From Pseudorhodoplanes sp. (GTDB taxonomy: Bacteria; Pseudomonadota; Alphaproteobacteria; Rhizobiales; Xanthobacteraceae), in NCBI GenBank assembly GCA_019187085.1, contig JABARS010000037.1, forward strand, positions 1,334-65,333: 64,000 bases of DNA, in the 5' to 3' direction. Below are positions 31,280-41,816 of the stretch, piece after piece (the first letter of the stretch is position 1; each line of letters begins with the position of its first letter). A program made the translations under genes and the position numbers. The notes beneath the pieces are model-generated. The model was not told where the DNA came from and did no database searches. It worked only from the letters and a program-made list of their open reading frames with translations.

Positions 31280-32902
31280 TCAGCCGCCGCGTACCTTCGG
31301 CATGTGGATGAATTCCCAGGGCGAGGGCATGGCGCCGACCGGAATCTCGATCAGGGTCGGCCCATTGCGCCGCTTGAAGCCGCGCCGGATCGCCTTGCGC
31401 AGATCGTCGGGCGTGCGCGCACGCTCCGCCGCCGCGCCGAAGGACTCGGCGAATTTCACGAAATCCGGATTGGCCAGATCGACGGCGATGTGCCGGCTGC
31501 CATAGCTCACCTGCTGGATCAGTTTGACGTTTCCGAACGTGTTGTTGTTGAACACGAGCGCGACAAGCGGGATGCGGTGCCGGACGGCGGTCGATAATTC
31601 GTTCGCCGTATACATGAAGCCGCCGTCGCCGGAAATCGAGAGCACCGGCACGTCCGGCCGCGCATCCTGGGCGCCGAGCGCGGTGGCGAAGCCCCAGCCG
31701 AGATTGTCCTGGAAGCCGGGCGAGAGAAACGTGCGCGGCTTGTAGACCGGCATCGACAGCCGCGCGGCGAAGCCGATCTGGGTGACCTCGTCCACATAGA
31801 TGCCGTCTTCGGGCAGTTCGGCGCGGATCGCGTCGAGATAGGCCATTTGTGGAGCGAGCACGGCGAGCCGCTTCTTCAGCCGCGCCTGCCGCTCCTGCAT
31901 CTCCGCCTTGCGCGACTTGCGCTTGGCATTGTGCGCGGGGACAAGCTCGAGCAGGCGCGCGACGATGCGCTTTGCGTCGCCGGTCAGCGCGGCGGCTGGC
32001 TTGTGCAGGCGCTCGGGCTCGTCGGGATCGGAATCGATGCGCACGATCTTCAGCTTGTCATCGACACCCCATTCGCGCATGGCGATGAGCAGGCGCGTGC
32101 CGATGGCGACAACGGCATCAGTCTCCTTCCACAATTCGTGCCCGAGCGGCAGCGTGACGCTGAGCGGATCGCGGCTGTCGAGGATGCCGCGGCCGCGCCG
32201 ATAGGCGAGCACCGGCGCCTGCAGCATGGCCGAGAGGCGGGTGACCTCCCTGGCCGCTTCGATCGCGCCGCCGCCGACCACGATCAGCGGATTGCGTGCG
32301 CTGCCGATCAGCTTCGCGGCCGCGCGCAATGCGTCCTCGTCGAGCGGGGGCTGCGGATCGGGCGTGGCGGCCCCGATCTTGCCGACCGGTTCGCTGCGGC
32401 CCCAGATGTCCATCGCGCATTCGAGCGCGGCCGGACCCTGGCGGCCGCGCCGCATGGCGCGCATGGCCTCGTTGACAAGGCGTGGCGCGTCCGCCGGGCG
32501 GCCGATCCGCGCCGAATAATCGACGAGGCGGGCGATGATGCCGGCCTGGTCGCGGATTTCGTGTAGGTGGCCGAGATCGCGGCCGATCGCAGCCTGCGGG
32601 ATTTGTCCGATCAGCGCCAGCACCGGGGCGTTCATGCCGTAGGCGGTGAGCAGGGCCGCTCCGGTATTGAGCAGGCCGGGACCGGGCACCACGGCATAGG
32701 CCTGCGGCTTCCCCGTGGCCAATGCCGCGCCGAGCGCCATGTAGGCGGCGCCCTGTTCATGGCGGCTATGGACGGTGCGGATGCGATTCGAGGCCTTGTA
32801 GAGCGCGTCGAGCAGGTGGTCGTTATGGACGCCCGGCAGGGCGTACAGGGTGCTGACGCCGTTGGCGATAAGCGCGGCGACGGTGGCTTCGCCCGTGGTC
32901 AT
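31280..32902 (-). CDS. Thiamine-diphosphate-dependent enzyme (acetolactate-synthase-like family, substrate unknown)
   Basis: N-terminal PYR domain (GVSTLYALPGVHNDHLLDAL...SRHEQGAAYMALG) and a ThDP motif SISGDGGFMYTANEL...VFNNNTFG. An alternative start at 32965 adds a Lys/Ala-rich extension. Confidence 0.85.
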   Translation of the reverse strand: MTTGEATVAALIANGVSTLYALPGVHNDHLLDALYKASNRIRTVHSRHEQGAAYMALGAALATGKPQAYAVVPGPGLLNTGAALLTAYGMNAPVLALIGQIPQAAIGRDLGHLHEIRDQAGIIARLVDYSARIGRPADAPRLVNEAMRAMRRGRQGPAALECAMDIWGRSEPVGKIGAATPDPQPPLDEDALRAAAKLIGSARNPLIVVGGGAIEAAREVTRLSAMLQAPVLAYRRGRGILDSRDPLSVTLPLGHELWKETDAVVAIGTRLLIAMREWGVDDKLKIVRIDSDPDEPERLHKPAAALTGDAKRIVARLLELVPAHNAKRKSRKAEMQERQARLKKRLAVLAPQMAYLDAIRAELPEDGIYVDEVTQIGFAARLSMPVYKPRTFLSPGFQDNLGWGFATALGAQDARPDVPVLSISGDGGFMYTANELSTAVRHRIPLVALVFNNNTFGNVKLIQQVSYGSRHIAVDLANPDFVKFAESFGAAAERARTPDDLRKAIRRGFKRRNGPTLIEIPVGAMPSPWEFIHMPKVRGG

Positions 32903-33024
32903 CCGCCCTTTCGCACTTGCAGCAGAGGCGGGACGGGTCTTCTTGGCAGTTTCTTTAGGCGGCATGCACAGTCTCGAACGCGTACGGCGCCCGAGTGTGC
33001 AGATCACAGCGCCGATGTCGAGGC

Positions 33025-33756
33025 TCAATCGTCGTACACGTCCCGAAATGCCAGCATGGCGCCGAGTTTGCGCTCGTTATGGCGCGGGAAGCCGCATTCG
33101 GCGGCGAAAGTCCGGGTGTCGCGGTAGGTCCCGAACAGGCGGTCCCAGGCCGGCAGATCGGAAAAATTGTAACGGTGCACGTCGCGCTCGTGATGGATCG
33201 AGTGCAGTTCCGGCGTCTGGATGAAATAGCGGACCCAGGGCGGCGAGCGGAAATTCGAGTGATAGAAGAACTCCCCGGTCGCCGCGAAGAAATTGAACCA
33301 GAGCGCGCCCTCCAGCGAGCAGCCGAGCAGCGGGTAGAGGACGAGGGCGGCGAGGGTGGAATCGGCCAGGATTTCGAGCGGGTGCTTGTAGAACGAGGTC
33401 AGCGCCTCGATGCGCGCCGGCGAATGATGAAGCTGGTGGAAGACCTGCCAGAAGCCCGGCAGGTGGCGGACCCGGTGCCACCAATAGAAGAAGAACGAGC
33501 CGACGAGCCAGCCGACGAAACCCTCGGCGAGCGGCATGTCGAGGCGGGCGAGCGAGAACAGGGACGCCCCCGACAGCGTCTTCATCCAGAGCGTGTTGGT
33601 CGAGAAGGTGATGCCGGCCTGGCACAGATTGATCAGGACGGCGCGGGCGTACCAGCCCGGCGCGTTCGGCAGTTCGCGGCCCGGCCGTCGCCGTTCCAGC
33701 ACGAGGAAAAAGACCGCCGCGATCAGGGTGCACAGGGTCGGCAAAGCGAGCGTCAT
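33025..33756 (-). CDS. Fatty-acid hydroxylase / sterol desaturase superfamily membrane protein
   Basis: Histidine boxes WWHRVRH, FHQLHHS and HSIHHE within a 4-5-TM protein. Confidence 0.85.
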   Translation of the reverse strand: MTLALPTLCTLIAAVFFLVLERRRPGRELPNAPGWYARAVLINLCQAGITFSTNTLWMKTLSGASLFSLARLDMPLAEGFVGWLVGSFFFYWWHRVRHLPGFWQVFHQLHHSPARIEALTSFYKHPLEILADSTLAALVLYPLLGCSLEGALWFNFFAATGEFFYHSNFRSPPWVRYFIQTPELHSIHHERDVHRYNFSDLPAWDRLFGTYRDTRTFAAECGFPRHNERKLGAMLAFRDVYDD

Positions 33757-33950
33757 CGGGCGTCGATCCGGGGGCGCTGACGCGAACAGGGTGTCGAATC
33801 GGCTATTGGTCTTTCGGCGGAGGCGGCAGGTTCAAAGGCCGCCACCCGCCGGTCGCGCACCAGCGGGCTGCCTTGACAAACCATACCCCCCGTGCGCTTT
33901 TCGCGCGCTCCGGATCACCCCGAACGCCTTCATTGTCCCGGCCAACGATC

Positions 33951-35747
33951 ATGCACCGGTATCGCAGTCACACGTGCGGCGCGCTCCGCGAAGCCCATAT
34001 CGGCCAGACCGTCCGCCTTTCCGGCTGGGTCCATCGCGTGCGCGACCATGGCGGCGTGCTGTTCATCGACCTGCGCGACCATTACGGCCTGGCCCAGGTG
34101 GTGGCCGACCCCGACAGCCCGGCCTTCAAGATCGCCGAGACACTGCGCGCGGAATGGGTGGTGCGCATCGACGGCAAGGTGCGGCAGCGCCCGGCCGGTA
34201 CCGAAAATCCCGACCTGCCAACCGGCCAGATCGAGGTGTTCATCTCCGAGATCGAGGTGCTGGGGCCGGCGGGCGAACTGCCGATGCCGGTGTTCGGCGA
34301 GCAGGACTATCCGGAGGAAACGCGGCTGCGCTACCGCTTCCTCGACCTGCGGCGCGAGCGCATCCACGCCAACATCATGAAGCGCGGTGCGATCATCGAC
34401 TCGATCCGCCGCCGCATGAAGGAGGGCGGCTTCTTCGAATTCCAGACCCCGATCCTGACCGCCTCCTCGCCGGAAGGCGCGCGCGACTATCTCGTCCCCT
34501 CGCGCATCCATCCCGGCAAGTTCTACGCGCTGCCGCAGGCGCCGCAGCAGTTCAAGCAGCTCATCATGGTGTCTGGCTTCGACCGCTATTTCCAGATCGC
34601 GCCCTGCTTCCGCGACGAGGACGCGCGCGCCGACCGCTCGCCCGGCGAGTTCTATCAGCTCGACGTTGAGATGAGCTTCGTCACCCAGCAGGACGTGTTC
34701 GACGCGGTCGAGCCGGTGCTGCGCGGGGTGTTCGAGGAGTTCGCCGACGGCAAGACGGTGACGCCGAAATTCCCGATGATCCCCTACGCGCAGGCGCTGC
34801 GCGAATTCGGCACCGACAAGCCCGACCTGCGCAACCCGATCCGGATGCAGAACGTCACCGAGGCGTTCAAAGGCTCCGGCTTCAAGATTTTTGCCAACAT
34901 GATCGCGGGCGACCCGGCGGTCGAGGTGTGGGCGATCCCCGCGCCCAAGGGCGGCAACCGCGCCTTCTGCGACCGCATGAATTCCTGGGCGCAGGGCGAG
35001 GGCCAGCCGGGGCTCGGCTACATCTTCTGGCGCGAGGGCGAGGAGGGCGGCGCGGGCCCGCTCGCCAAGAATATCGGCCCCGAACGCACCAGACAGATCG
35101 CCGACCAGCTCGGCCTTGGCGTCGGCGACGCCGTCTTCTTCGTTGCCGGCAAGCCGAAGGACTTCGTCAAGTTCGCGGGTCCCGCCCGCAACAAGGTCGG
35201 CGAAGAGCTCGGCATCGTCGCGAAGGACCGCTTTGAGTTCTGCTGGATCGTCGATTTCCCGATGTACGAATGGAACGAGGAAGACAAGAAGATCGACTTC
35301 TCGCACAACCCGTTCTCGATGCCGAACATGCCGGTCGAAGATTTCCTCAGGCTCGATGCGAACGACCACGATACCCTGCTGGCACTGAAGGCGATCCAGT
35401 ACGACATCGTGTGCAACGGCATCGAGCTGTCGTCGGGGGCGATCCGCAACCATCGCCCCGAGGTGATGAAGAAGGCGTTCGCCATCGCCGGCTACGGCGA
35501 AGACGTGCTGGAGAAAAAGTTCGGCGGCATGTTGCGCGCGCTCTCGCTTGGCGCCCCGCCGCACGGCGGCATCGCGCCGGGCATCGACCGCATCGTCATG
35601 CTGCTGTGCGGAGAGGAGAACCTGCGCGAAGTCGTGCTGTTCCCGATGAACCAGCGCGCCGAGGATCTGCTCATGGGCGCGCCCTCGGAGGTGACGCCAA
35701 AGCAGTTGCGCGAGCTGCACATCCGGCTCAATCTGCCGCAGAGTTGA
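33951..35747 (+). CDS. aspS: Aspartate--tRNA ligase
   Basis: [13 protein letters not shown]...[33 protein letters not shown] and GIDRIVMLL are class IIb motifs. Confidence 0.95.
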   Translation: MHRYRSHTCGALREAHIGQTVRLSGWVHRVRDHGGVLFIDLRDHYGLAQVVADPDSPAFKIAETLRAEWVVRIDGKVRQRPAGTENPDLPTGQIEVFISEIEVLGPAGELPMPVFGEQDYPEETRLRYRFLDLRRERIHANIMKRGAIIDSIRRRMKEGGFFEFQTPILTASSPEGARDYLVPSRIHPGKFYALPQAPQQFKQLIMVSGFDRYFQIAPCFRDEDARADRSPGEFYQLDVEMSFVTQQDVFDAVEPVLRGVFEEFADGKTVTPKFPMIPYAQALREFGTDKPDLRNPIRMQNVTEAFKGSGFKIFANMIAGDPAVEVWAIPAPKGGNRAFCDRMNSWAQGEGQPGLGYIFWREGEEGGAGPLAKNIGPERTRQIADQLGLGVGDAVFFVAGKPKDFVKFAGPARNKVGEELGIVAKDRFEFCWIVDFPMYEWNEEDKKIDFSHNPFSMPNMPVEDFLRLDANDHDTLLALKAIQYDIVCNGIELSSGAIRNHRPEVMKKAFAIAGYGEDVLEKKFGGMLRALSLGAPPHGGIAPGIDRIVMLLCGEENLREVVLFPMNQRAEDLLMGAPSEVTPKQLRELHIRLNLPQS

Positions 35748-35769
35748 TATTATCACCGGCGGCCGTGTC

Positions 35770-36528
35770 ATGACCTACGTCCCGCCGCCGTTTCTGCCGC
35801 GTCTCGCCAGCCGGCTGCGCAAGCCCTGGGTGGACTTCCGGCATCGCTTGCGTCTTGCCCGCGACGGCCGCGAAATCTTCGACCGCTGCCGTTTTTTCGG
35901 CGCTGATTTCATCGTACGCCTCGACGACCATATCGGCTACGAGATGGCGATCGGTATTTTCGAGTGGGTGCAACTCGACCGGCTGGTGAAGACCTGCGAG
36001 CGCATCCGGCCCGACGCTTTCCTCGATATCGGCGCCCATTCCGGCCTCTATACCTGTGTTATCGGCCGCCGCGCGCTCGCCCCGCGCCTGATCGCCTTCG
36101 AGCCAGACCGTCGCACGCTCGTGCACCTGAAGGCCAATCTCCTGATCAATGACCTGCTCGCGGACGTGGACCTGCACGAGGCCGCGGTCGGGGCGGCGCC
36201 GGGTACGGCCGAGTTCGTGCAGGGTGGCGACGACAATCGCGGCCAGTCGCGCATCGAGCCGGGCCATCCGCAGGCCTACACGGTGCCGGTGGTCGCCATC
36301 GACGATCGGGTCGCGGTCGAGGACGCCGTGCTCGCGATCAAGATGGACGTCGAAGGCTTCGAGATGGAGGCGCTCGCGGGCGGGGAGCGGCTGTTTCGCC
36401 GCAACCGCGGCTATGCCCAGATCGAGGCTTATGACGGGCGCGACGAGCAGGTCATCCCGCGCATGCAGGAATATGGCTGGCGGCTTGCCGACCAGCTCGA
36501 TATCGATTTTCTTTTCGAGAAGAACTGA
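35770..36528 (+). CDS. FkbM-family methyltransferase
   Basis: FLDIGAHSGLYT (SAM-binding glycine loop), AFEPD, and IKMDVEGFEMEAL, which is characteristic of the FkbM family. Confidence 0.8.
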   Translation: MTYVPPPFLPRLASRLRKPWVDFRHRLRLARDGREIFDRCRFFGADFIVRLDDHIGYEMAIGIFEWVQLDRLVKTCERIRPDAFLDIGAHSGLYTCVIGRRALAPRLIAFEPDRRTLVHLKANLLINDLLADVDLHEAAVGAAPGTAEFVQGGDDNRGQSRIEPGHPQAYTVPVVAIDDRVAVEDAVLAIKMDVEGFEMEALAGGERLFRRNRGYAQIEAYDGRDEQVIPRMQEYGWRLADQLDIDFLFEKN

Positions 36529-36569
36529 ACGGACGCGGCGCAGGGCCGACGACCGGGAGGAAGAGAGCG

Positions 36570-38861
36570 ATGCCATCGGTCATGTCGAATCTGTCCGACG
36601 ATCTGCGCGCCTCGGCGCTGGCGTTCCACCGCAGCCCCAAGCCCGGCAAGATCGAGATCCAGGCCACCAAGCCGCTCGGCAACCAGCACGATCTTGCGCT
36701 CGCCTATTCGCCGGGCGTGGCGGCGGCCTGCGAGGCGATCGCGGCGGAGCCCTCCGAAGCCGCGGAACTGACCGCCCGGCAGAATCTCGTCGCCGTGGTG
36801 TCGAACGGGACGGCGGTGCTCGGCCTCGGCAATATCGGCCCGCTCGCCTCCAAGCCGGTCATGGAAGGCAAGGCGGTGCTGTTCAAGAAGTTCGCCGGCA
36901 TCGACGTGTTCGACGTCGAGATCGACGCGATGACGGTGGACCGCATGGTCGAGGTCATCTCCGCGCTCGAGCCGACCTTCGGCGGCATCAATCTGGAGGA
37001 CATAAAGGCCCCGGAATGCTTCGAGGTCGAGGCGCGCCTGAAAGAGCGCATGAACATTCCGGTGTTCCATGACGACCAGCACGGCACTGCGATCATCGTG
37101 GCGGCGGCGGTGCAGAACGCGCTGTTCCTCACCGGCAAGTCGATCGACAAGGTCAAGATCGTCACCTCGGGCGCGGGCGCGGCCGCGCTCGCTTGCCTCA
37201 ATCTCTTGGTGACGCTCGGCGCGCGGCGCGAGAACATCTGGGTCAGCGATCTCGAAGGCGTCGTCTACAGGGGCCGCGAGAAGCTGATGGACCGCTGGAA
37301 GGAGATTTATGCGCAGGACACGCCCTCGCGCACGCTCGGCGAGATCATCGACGGCGCCGACATTTTCCTCGGCGTGTCGGCTGGCGGTGTGCTCAAAGGC
37401 GAGATGGTCAAGCGCATGGCGGACCGGCCGCTGATCATGGCGCTTGCCAACCCGGTGCCCGAGATCATGCCCGAGGAGGCGATCGCCGCGCGCCCCGACG
37501 CGCTGATCTGCACCGGACGCTCGGACTATCCCAACCAGGTCAACAATGTCCTGTGCTTTCCTTATATTTTTCGCGGCGCGCTCGACGTGGCGGCGACCAC
37601 GATCAACGAGGACATGAAGCGCGCGGCGGTGGAGGCGATCGCAGCGCTCGCGCGCGAGGCGCCCTCCGACGTTGCCGCGCGCGCCTATGGCGGGGAAGCG
37701 CGCACCTTCGGTCCCGGCTCGCTCATCCCCAATCCGTTCGATCCGCGCCTGATCCTGCGCATCGCGCCCGCAGTCGCCCGCGCGGCGATCAAGGCGGGCG
37801 TCGCCACCCGTCCGATCATCGATTTCGACGCCTATCTGGAGCGGCTCGACCGTTTCGTCTTCCGCTCCGGCTTCATCATGAAGCCGGTCTTCACCAGCGC
37901 GAAGGCCGACCCCAGGCGCGTGATCTATGCCGAGGGCGAGGACGAACGCGTGCTGCGCGCGACGCAGGTCGTGGTCGAGGAGGGGCTGGCGCTGCCGGTG
38001 CTGATCGGACGGCCGGCGGTGATCGAGTCGCGGCTGGAACGCTACGGCCTGTCGATCCGGCCGGGCCGCGACTTCTCGCTGATCAATCCGGACGACGATC
38101 CGCGCTACCGCGATTTTGTCAACGCCTATGTCGAGGCCGCCGGACGGCGCGGCATCACCCCGCATGCCGCGCGCACGATCGTGCGTACCAGCGCGACCGT
38201 GATCGCCGCGCTCGCGGTGCGGCTCGGCATCGCCGACGCCATGATCTGCGGGCTCGAAGGCCGCTACATGGCGCACCTGAACAATATCCGCGACATCATC
38301 GGGCTTGCGCCCGGCGTGCGCGAGTTCGCAGCGCTCTCGCTCCTGATCACCGCCAAGGGTGCCTATTTCCTCGCCGATACCCAGGTTACGCCCGAGCCGA
38401 ACGCGGAGGAGATCGCCGAGATGGCGGTGCTGGCGGCCGCCCATGTGCGCCGTTTCGGGCTGACGCCGAAGATCGCCATGCTGTCGCATTCCAACTTCGG
38501 CTCGTTCGATACCGCGTCCGCGCGCAAGATGCGCGAGGCGGTCGAGCGGCTGAGCGCACTGCATCCCTCGCTCGAGGTCGACGGCGAGATGCACGGCGAC
38601 GCGGCGGTGTCGCCGGGCGAGCGCGAGCGCATCTTTCCGCATGCGCGCCTGCGCGGGGAAGCGAACGTCCTAATCATGCCCAATCTCGATGCCGCCAACA
38701 TCTCCTACCAGATGATCAAGGTGCTGGCGGACGCGCTGCCGGTCGGGCCGATCCTGATCGGCGCCGCGCGCCCCGCGCACATCCTCACGCCGTCGGCGAC
38801 GGCGCGCGGGGTGATCAACCTGACGGCGGTTGCGGTGGTGGAGGCGCAATCGGCCGGGTGA
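36570..38861 (+). CDS. maeB: NADP-dependent malic enzyme (malic enzyme domain fused to a PTA-like domain)
   Basis: [39 protein letters not shown] and [10 protein letters not shown], plus a roughly 330-aa phosphotransacetylase-like C-terminal half. GGGAGGAAGAG Shine-Dalgarno upstream. Confidence 0.93.
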   Translation: MPSVMSNLSDDLRASALAFHRSPKPGKIEIQATKPLGNQHDLALAYSPGVAAACEAIAAEPSEAAELTARQNLVAVVSNGTAVLGLGNIGPLASKPVMEGKAVLFKKFAGIDVFDVEIDAMTVDRMVEVISALEPTFGGINLEDIKAPECFEVEARLKERMNIPVFHDDQHGTAIIVAAAVQNALFLTGKSIDKVKIVTSGAGAAALACLNLLVTLGARRENIWVSDLEGVVYRGREKLMDRWKEIYAQDTPSRTLGEIIDGADIFLGVSAGGVLKGEMVKRMADRPLIMALANPVPEIMPEEAIAARPDALICTGRSDYPNQVNNVLCFPYIFRGALDVAATTINEDMKRAAVEAIAALAREAPSDVAARAYGGEARTFGPGSLIPNPFDPRLILRIAPAVARAAIKAGVATRPIIDFDAYLERLDRFVFRSGFIMKPVFTSAKADPRRVIYAEGEDERVLRATQVVVEEGLALPVLIGRPAVIESRLERYGLSIRPGRDFSLINPDDDPRYRDFVNAYVEAAGRRGITPHAARTIVRTSATVIAALAVRLGIADAMICGLEGRYMAHLNNIRDIIGLAPGVREFAALSLLITAKGAYFLADTQVTPEPNAEEIAEMAVLAAAHVRRFGLTPKIAMLSHSNFGSFDTASARKMREAVERLSALHPSLEVDGEMHGDAAVSPGERERIFPHARLRGEANVLIMPNLDAANISYQMIKVLADALPVGPILIGAARPAHILTPSATARGVINLTAVAVVEAQSAG

Positions 38862-39990
38862 GGGCGTCAGGTTTCCCGGCGTGCGTCCAGAACCGGTCGA
38901 AAATCTCCGCCCCGGCGGCGTGCTTGTGGTGCGGCCACTTCTCGATGATCTCGCGCCAGTGCGACTCGTCGTCGTCATACATGAGGTTGGCAACGTACTT
39001 GAAGAATGAGCGGCGGCGGTCGTCGTCGTCGTATTCGCCTTCGCATTCGGCCGAAAAATGGATTCCGGCATTGATGATGTCGCGAAGCTCGGCGACGTAG
39101 TTGAGCTCGACGCGCGTTCCGCTTCGTTGCTCGCCTTTCCAGTGGTTTCGGAATTCCAGCCGCGTGCACAATTCCAGCATCCAGATCATCCAGCTTCCGA
39201 ACACCTCGGGTTCCATGATCTTCTGCTTGCGGAAGCGGCAGGCAATTTCGAACAGATTCAGTGTCTGGCAGATGTGCTGGGTCAGCCGGTATTCGAGCAA
39301 ATCCAGTTCTGTATCCGACAGGTTTCTGCGCCGCCCGGCCTCGTCCAGACTGCTGATCCAGAGCGGCTCGACAAGCTCGGGGTGCTCGCACTCGAACCTG
39401 AACAATTGAACCGATTCCAGCTCCAGCGTCTGATAGATTTGCTGCCGGGAGGTTTTTTCCGCCTCGCTGGCATTGTGCCGGTTGGTGACGATGACCATCG
39501 TCGCCGCGATGATGATACCGATCATCTGTGCGAAGGTGCTGACATATTGCGCGAAGCTCTCGTGCCGCAATTCGGCGATCTTGAACTGCACGAGGCTGCT
39601 TCCGCGCCAAAGGATCAGCAGCAGCAAGGCGGTAAGCAGCCAGCACGCCGCCCATAGCAGGACAGCGTAACGGATGCGGTCGTCGTTCCAGACGTCGCGC
39701 ACGACCGAAAAATAGAGCGCGACGCCGAGCGCCAGCGCCACCACCAGGCCGCCGCTTGGGCCATAGGGGTCGGATGTCTCCGCCAGCGCGTGTGCGCCGA
39801 TCAGGCCCGACCAGATCAGCGCGAAGAACCCGAGCGTGGCCCAGATGTTCTTCCTGGGCCGGTCGCGGCGCAGGTGAAGGACATAGGCGATGAACAGCGT
39901 TGCCACGACGGACGCGGCTTCGAGCGCGTAGATCAATCCTTCCGCGATCAGGCGGGGGTCGATTTCGTGGACACTGACTGCGGGGGGCAT
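38815..39990 (-). CDS. Hypothetical membrane protein: five predicted TM helices plus a ~210-aa cytoplasmic helical domain with an acidic run; no recognised family
   Basis: 391-aa ORF in a visibly lower-G+C patch. Hydrophobic segments include LIYALEAASVVATLFIAYVL, IWATLGFFALIWSGLIGAHAL, GLVVALALGVALYFSVV, YAVLLWAACWLLTALLLLILW and FAQMIGIIIAATMVIVT. The C-terminal domain is rich in W/C/E (ECEGEYDDDDRRR). The last 47 nt overlap the 3' end of the convergent maeB. Confidence 0.6.
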   Translation of the reverse strand: MPPAVSVHEIDPRLIAEGLIYALEAASVVATLFIAYVLHLRRDRPRKNIWATLGFFALIWSGLIGAHALAETSDPYGPSGGLVVALALGVALYFSVVRDVWNDDRIRYAVLLWAACWLLTALLLLILWRGSSLVQFKIAELRHESFAQYVSTFAQMIGIIIAATMVIVTNRHNASEAEKTSRQQIYQTLELESVQLFRFECEHPELVEPLWISSLDEAGRRRNLSDTELDLLEYRLTQHICQTLNLFEIACRFRKQKIMEPEVFGSWMIWMLELCTRLEFRNHWKGEQRSGTRVELNYVAELRDIINAGIHFSAECEGEYDDDDRRRSFFKYVANLMYDDDESHWREIIEKWPHHKHAAGAEIFDRFWTHAGKPDALTRPIAPPPPQPPSG

Positions 39991-40061
39991 CGGATGAAAT
40001 CACATAAGAAAAGACGGAAACGGCTCCAATCTTTAAAAGACTAGCAGCGAAACAGTCAGTT

Positions 40062-40094
40062 TCAAAAGTCAAAACGGGGCGGGATATCCTGCCC
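40062..40094 (-). terminator. Rho-independent terminator after the GNAT gene
   Basis: Minus strand reads GGGGCAGG-ATAT-CCCGCCCC followed by GTTTTGACTTTTG. Confidence 0.6.
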
Positions 40095-40120
40095 CGGTTC
40101 ATTCACCGCGCCGCGTATGC

Positions 40121-40630
40121 TCAGCCGTCGCGCATCATGACGACAGAAACGGTCTTGAAGCCGAGCCGCTCGAACAGGTGATGAGCGGATTCATTGCCGA
40201 TGCCGCTTTCCAGAAACTGGCGACGGATGCCGGCGGCTTCCATCTGGGCAAAAATCCAGCGCATGATCTGCTCGCCGAGCCCACCGCTGCGCCGGCTCTT
40301 GTCTACGACAATGTCCTCGATAATCCCGTAGGGCACGGCGGCGTCGTGTGACAGCGTCACGAATGCAAGGCCGACGAGCGCGTCGCCGTCATGGACCTCG
40401 ATGATCCCTTTCCAGTTCTGCCCGGACGGAAAGCTCTGGCGCGGCTCCTTCAGCCGTTCGGAGATTTCGTGGAAAAAGACGTCCTTGACGTTGGCGACCC
40501 ATTCGTCCGCGCGCACGGCGCGCGGCCCCTGCAGCTCGGAATGCGAGATATAGGCGGCGGAAATGCTGTTCTGAAACAGGCGGGCGAGGCTCTTGGCGTC
40601 GGATCGGGAATCGGCAATCGAGATTTTCAT
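40121..40630 (-). CDS. GNAT-family N-acetyltransferase
   Basis: Acetyl-CoA-binding core IIEDIVVDKSRRSGGLGEQIMRWIFAQMEAAGI...NESAHHLFERLGF. Start at MKISIA (40630). Confidence 0.85.
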   Translation of the reverse strand: MKISIADSRSDAKSLARLFQNSISAAYISHSELQGPRAVRADEWVANVKDVFFHEISERLKEPRQSFPSGQNWKGIIEVHDGDALVGLAFVTLSHDAAVPYGIIEDIVVDKSRRSGGLGEQIMRWIFAQMEAAGIRRQFLESGIGNESAHHLFERLGFKTVSVVMMRDG

Positions 40631-40752
40631 GCGCGGGGCGGCTCGGATGGAGGGCGTGACGGGGGCATCGAACAATTATGCGTCACGTCATCGTAAAACA
40701 ACAGCGTCACGCGCGCGCAGGTGTTGACGCCGCCGCCCGCCTCCGCATGCCG

Positions 40753-41001
40753 TCATCTCATCCAGAACGGCTTTGATATCTCGCGGGTGGCCTCGCGGCG
40801 CGTGAGGCCGATGTCGGCGAGCAGGCGGTTGTCGAGGCGCGCGAGCGCCTCCCGCTGGCGCGCCCGCGCGCGACAGGATGCGATCCATCGCCAGAGACTG
40901 GCGACGATCCGCGCCGGTGCAGGTAGAGCGGGCGTGCGGGCGCCTTGCTCTTTAAAGAGCGGGGCGGCGGCAAGAGGGGTCGGTCCGGTCGGTCGCATCA
41001 T
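40753..41001 (-). CDS. DUF1127 domain-containing small protein
   Basis: C-terminal RQREALARLDNRLLADIGLTRREA is the DUF1127 signature. Start taken at MMRPTG (41001). Confidence 0.75.
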   Translation of the reverse strand: MMRPTGPTPLAAAPLFKEQGARTPALPAPARIVASLWRWIASCRARARQREALARLDNRLLADIGLTRREATREISKPFWMR

Positions 41002-41120
41002 AGCCTTTCCGCGGCGAGTTCTGATCTGCACGGGTCTAGCCCGCGCCGGCTTATGACGTTTCGGAAACGGCCGAAATGTCGCCGCTTGCGCTGCGGACCC
41101 GCGCGGGCCAGATTCGACGC

Positions 41121-41816
41121 ATGAGCTCCACGGCAAACCAGCTTGCGGCGGTCGCGGCCTGTGCCGGCGATCCCGCGCGCGCCAACATCCTCGCGACGCT
41201 GATGGACGGGCGTGCTTTCACCGCCGGCGAATTGTCGGGCGCGGCCGGCGTGACGCCGCAGACCGCCAGCGGCCATCTCGCGCGGATGACGGAAGCCGGC
41301 CTGCTCAGCGTCGCGCGGCAGGGACGGCACCGCTATTACCGGCTCGCCTCGCCGCATGTGGCGCAGATGCTCGAAGGCATGCTGGTGGTGGCGAGCGAGG
41401 GCTTGCCGCCCGAGAAGTTCGGGCCGCGCACCGCCGCGATGCGGCTTGCCCGCACCTGCTACGATCATTTCGCCGGCCGGCTCGGGGTCTCGATCGCCGA
41501 CAGCCTGGTTGCCGCCGGCCATGTCGTCCTGTCCGACGACGGCGGCACCGTGACTGCGGGCGGCCGCGCCTTCTTTGCGCGCACCGGCATCGATCTGGAA
41601 ACCCATCGCGGCGGGCGCCCGGCCTGCCGGCCCTGTCTCGACTGGAGCGAGCGGCGCTATCATCTGGCCGGCGTGCTCGGCGCGCGCATTGCCGCAAGCT
41701 GCTTCGAGCACGGCTGGGTCCGCCGCCGGCCGCGCGAGCGCACGGTCGACGTCACCCCGCTTGGACGAAAGAGATTCCGCGAGGTCTATGGCGTGCAGAT
41801 CGAGGAAGCCCGATGA
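41121..41816 (+). CDS. ArsR/SmtB-type winged-helix regulator with a ~120-aa Cys-containing C-terminal extension
   Basis: [60 protein letters not shown] (wHTH). The C-terminal part has CYDH and C-x2-C (CRPC). Its stop overlaps the pirin start (ATGA). Confidence 0.8.
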   Translation: MSSTANQLAAVAACAGDPARANILATLMDGRAFTAGELSGAAGVTPQTASGHLARMTEAGLLSVARQGRHRYYRLASPHVAQMLEGMLVVASEGLPPEKFGPRTAAMRLARTCYDHFAGRLGVSIADSLVAAGHVVLSDDGGTVTAGGRAFFARTGIDLETHRGGRPACRPCLDWSERRYHLAGVLGARIAASCFEHGWVRRRPRERTVDVTPLGRKRFREVYGVQIEEAR

